Of a DNA stretch of 51,704 nt, positions 47,981-51,704 are shown piece after piece. The stretch covers positions 22,665,628-22,717,331 of the forward strand of contig NC_068982.1 in the NCBI RefSeq assembly GCF_001194135.2, given 5' to 3'. Made by a program: the position numbers and the translations under genes. The stretch's first letter is position 1. Each line of letters opens with the position of its first letter. Origin of the DNA: Octopus bimaculoides (Eukaryota). The notes below the pieces were generated by a model that saw only the letters and a list, made by a program, of their open reading frames with translations, ran no database searches and was not told where the DNA came from.

Positions 47981-48208
47981 TTGGGTTGTCCGGAAAGTTC
48001 GTGCCGATTTATAGTAGCTTACCTTTTGACTTATTTGCCATGAAACCACCTCATTTCTGGGAAGAGGGTATTTTCAAGTTAAAGGAAAGATGGAGACGCA
48101 TTGTGCAACAAAATGGTTAATATTTGGTTGATTAAAAATGTAATGGCAAGTATTTATTGACCTTTTTCTTTCCTTTAAAAATCGGCACGAACTTTCTGGA
48201 CAACCCAA
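47981..48208 (+). mobile_element. internally deleted mariner (MITE), 228 bp
   Basis: 30-bp TIR ttgggttgtccggaaagttcgtgccgattt, TA flanks, residual C-terminus KPPHFWEEGIFKLKERW. Confidence 0.92.
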
Positions 48209-48651
48209 TATTTTGTAACTCTCATCAAATGTCTAGAAACCTAACTCTAAATCCACAAACTTAGAGTTGCATTTTATTAATCCACGATCTTCCGGCAAGA
48301 CCTCAAAACAACTCACCATTACGCTTATCAAAATAATCCTACCACACGCATAAACTACAGAAATATTGTAGGAATAATTGAGAATATCTCGAGCACATTC
48401 AAAGTATATAGAATAAGCAGAATAAAGAACGCAAAAATGGAACAAAACGTAGATTTCTTCAAGTCATCGTATTTGAATAATACAAAACTACAGATTAGTG
48501 AACAGTTAAAACATTCAGTCAGATTTGCTTGGTCGTATTACACGTAGAGGACTACTCCACTTTTCAGAACAGTTCATTTTTTTGGTTTTTAACATGGACA
48601 ACTTGCTACTTAAAAATGGAAAAAAGAAAACCACTAAAGCTAAGAATCCAG

Positions 48652-48790
48652 GAGGCTTTGCTCCCGGCCAAATGGTTCCGGGTTCAGCTTCACTTTGTGG
48701 CATCTTGGGCAAGCGCCTTCTTCTATAGCCTCAAGCCAACCAAAGCCTTCTGAGTGGATTTGGTTGACGGAAACTGAAAGAAGCTCTTCG

Positions 48791-48823
<33 letters not shown>

Positions 48824-49040
48824 GTGTGTGTTTGCATCTGCATTTGCCTCCCACTACCGCTGACAACCTGTGTTGGTGTGTTTACATCCCCGTAACTTAG
48901 CATTCGGTAACAAAGTGACCGATAGAATAAGTACTAGGCTTTAAAAAATAAGCACTGGGATCACTTCGTTGGACTAAAATTCTTCAAGATGGTGTCCCAG
49001 GATGGCCGCAGTCTAATGACTGAACAAGCAAAAGATAAAG
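48652..49040 (+). mobile_element. SINE family B, 5' end eroded
   Basis: ggttccgggttcag..cttgggcaag..internal microsatellite..gtctaatgactgaac. Confidence 0.88.
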
Positions 49041-49085
49041 TAAATTAGAATAGCGCTGCAGATAACCCTTATCAATATATATTCT

Positions 49086-49314
49086 TATTTCTTTATTGCC
49101 CACAAGGGGCTAAACATAGAGGGGACAAACAAGGACAGACAAAAGGATTAAGTCGATTACATCGACTCCAGTGCGTAACTGGTACTTAATTTATTGACCC
49201 CGAAAGGATGAAAGGCAAAGTCGACCTCGGCGGAATTTGAACTCAGAACGTAACGGCAGACGAAATACCATTAGGCATTTCGCACGGCGTGCTAACGTTT
49301 CTGCCAGCTCACCG
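49086..49314 (-). mobile_element. SINE family A, full length, 20-bp TSD
   Basis: cccttatcaatatatattct at 49066-49085 and cccttaacaatatatattct at 49315-49334. Confidence 0.94.
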
Positions 49315-49785
49315 CCCTTAACAATATATATTCTACTTACATGATTTCATTCTGGATAACTTATTAACACAATCAATTAGTTCTGAAAAGTTTACGGTGT
49401 CCATTATGAAATTGATCCGAAAACCCAGAAAGAAACAGACAACATAGACATGCAGGAAATATACGTTTGTTATAAAAACAATCTCAAGTAAGTGAAGGTA
49501 TTTAAAATGTTCGAATTAAAATTAGAGGCTTCTGAAGTGAATTTAATAGCGTAGGTACTATGGGAAAATATCTTCTACAATAAACCTATGTCTGTCAGTT
49601 TTAGTATTGTGAGAGAAACTGGATAGATAGGAACTGCGTTGAAGCTCCGTCGCATGATCACAACCTTGTGCCGAAATTATAAGCTTACAGTAGCGTAGAA
49701 GCGTCCGATAAATCCACCATCAACCTTCTCACCAACAACACTAGGTAATACCAATTATCACCACACACTTAACAAAATGAGTCTA

Positions 49786-49819
<34 letters not shown>

Positions 49820-49821
<2 letters not shown>

Positions 49822-50400
49822 GAACTCTTTACCCTATCATCTTTTTACACACTCATCTTTCTCTCTCTATCACCCTCACCTCCCATTCCTACTATCAATT
49901 TATCTTGACTGACCACTAACTGGTACACTTTCCCTCTCTTCATCTCTTTATTATCTCTCTCCTTGCTTTTTTCCCCTTTTTTTTCTTTATTCCTCTCTTC
50001 CTGTTTTCGATTTGACCTTACAAATACATTCCCTACTTTTAGGTCACTTTAAATAAACCCTCGATTCAATAGCACTGTGTACAAACCCTATACTTGGAAT
50101 GACCAATTTTAAATACTATTGGAATTTACACACAAGGTATTGAAATCTTATATGTATACCATTCTGCCTAAATAATGGATCTACGAATGCAATATCCTTG
50201 CGTATCTCACATCTAATTTCATTCCTCCACTTCACTCTCTATTTCATATCTTATCTAAATTAACTACTGCTTAACCATTTTCTCACACCGTCTCCGATGA
50301 AAGGATATAATAAATATCTCAGAAACAGCTGTAAGACCGTCTATTTATAATTGCTCTAAAATCTTCACAGCCTTGGTTTTTTTATCTCAGCCTGAAATTT
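49820..50400 (+). mobile_element. probable Penelope-like 3' UTR/pseudo-LTR relic
   Basis: Pyrimidine-rich tract ending in a hammerhead motif; extent uncertain. Confidence 0.4.
50290..50337 (+). ncRNA. minimal hammerhead ribozyme of Penelope pseudo-LTR type, U4C core mutation
   Basis: gtct-CCGATGA-aaggatat-aataa-atatctca-GAA-ACAGCTGT-A-agac: 6-bp stem II, 8-nt palindromic stem III, 4-bp stem I. Confidence 0.7.
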
Positions 50401-50555
50401 TTTTTTTTATATATACACATGATGATATATTACCTACGTTGGACTCCTTATTCGCATAATCACCGAATCTGGAGCTTAACTATGGTCTATCCATAGCACT
50501 TACTCAGCATTACCTGACACCTTAGGGTCTTATTGACACCATTACCCCTCATAAC

Positions 50556-50634
<79 letters not shown>

Positions 50635-51648
50635 NNNNNNNNNNNNNNNNNNNNNNNNNNNNNNNNNNNNNNNNNNNNNNNNNNNNNNNNNNNNNNNNNN
50701 NNNNNNNNNNNNNNNNNNNNNNNNNNNNNNNNNNNNNNNNNNNNNNNNNNNNNNNNNNNNNNNNNNNNNNNNNNNNNNNNNNNNNNNNNNNNNNNNNNNN
50801 NNNNNNNNNNNNNNNNNNNNNNNNNNNNNNNNNNNNNNNNNNNNNNNNNNNNNNNNNNNNNNNNNNNNNNNNNNNNNNNNNNNNNNNNNNNNNNNNNNNN
50901 NNNNNNNNNNNNNNNNNNNNNNNNNNNNNNNNNNNTATATATATATATATATTAATATTATCTCGGTTGAAAAAACTTCGATAAATACATATATACATAC
51001 ATACGACGGGCTTCTTTCAGTTTCCGAGAATTGGTCTTTTGACTCAGATGGATGAGTAACTTAATCCATTTCTGAGAGAGTTTCCGTAACGACGTAACTA
51101 TAAACCATTTTCCGAAATTAGTTATCATACCTTACATTTTCTTTAACTGCAAAACTGTAACCTGAGTCCACGACGTAACTCGGAGGTTAGCTTATTTAAG
51201 TAACTGTGTGTGTGTGTGAGTGTGTGTGTGTTTTGGGTTTGTAGTTATAGTGAGAGAGTGAGAGGAAGAAATCATTGATACATCGAAGAAACAATATTTG
51301 GAAGTCACGGACAAACATGGGGGTCAAAACAAAAGAGAAACTAACACAAGAACATATTCAGAACAGAGAGGATAAGAAGAAGAACAAGAAGAAGAATATG
51401 AAGGACGTGGCAATGTTAAAACAAAAAAAGCCAAAAACAAAACAAAAAAAAAAGAAGAAAAAGAAGAAGAAAGAAAGATACAAGAATGGAGGTGTTGAGA
51501 TATAAGTATGATAAAGAGGTGGAATATCTCTAACGCCGAAATGCGGTCGCGTTCAAGAAAAACAATACTTTTTGTTGTTCAGCGTTGATGATATTGGTGG
51601 AGGTGGCGGCGGTGGTGGTTGTGGTGTTGCTGTTGAATGCTTTGTTTA

Positions 51649-51685
<37 letters not shown>

Positions 51686-51704
51686 ATATATATATATATA
51701 TATA

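Noticed and set aside
1-51704. Most ORFs in the six-frame track (poly-Y/I/L/S/HT/CV and X-rich)
   Set aside because: They are read-throughs of microsatellites, N gaps or SINE antisense strands, not genes.

Overview
AT-rich, repeat-saturated eukaryotic (animal) DNA with many N gaps, most of them at microsatellites. The 5S rRNA copy and the SINE repertoire suggest a cephalopod, probably Octopus; this is an inference and no search was run. I find no supportable host protein-coding exon, and the six-frame ORFs are microsatellite, gap or transposon read-throughs. The window holds about 30 copies of at least three tRNA-derived SINE families (called A, B, C here) and seven fragments of R4/Dong-clade restriction-like-endonuclease (RLE) LINEs, five of them beside (TAA)n tracts. 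It also has a near-complete decayed Tc1 element, several mariner and hAT relics or MITEs, a 2.6 kb decayed Helitron RepHel and Penelope-like relics. Most notable: (1) two copies of a tRNA-headed SINE-like element carrying a minimal hammerhead ribozyme, each with a 5' fold-back; (2) a SINE-B head fused through a 6-nt microhomology to a full-length 5S rRNA that runs through an A-tail into a SINE-A copy; (3) the RLE catalytic core of a LINE amplified into a 5-unit ABABA tandem array; (4) a twin-hairpin motif in SINE-A with varying loops and, in one copy, compensatory stem changes. Boundaries of old repeats are approximate, by roughly 10-20 bp.
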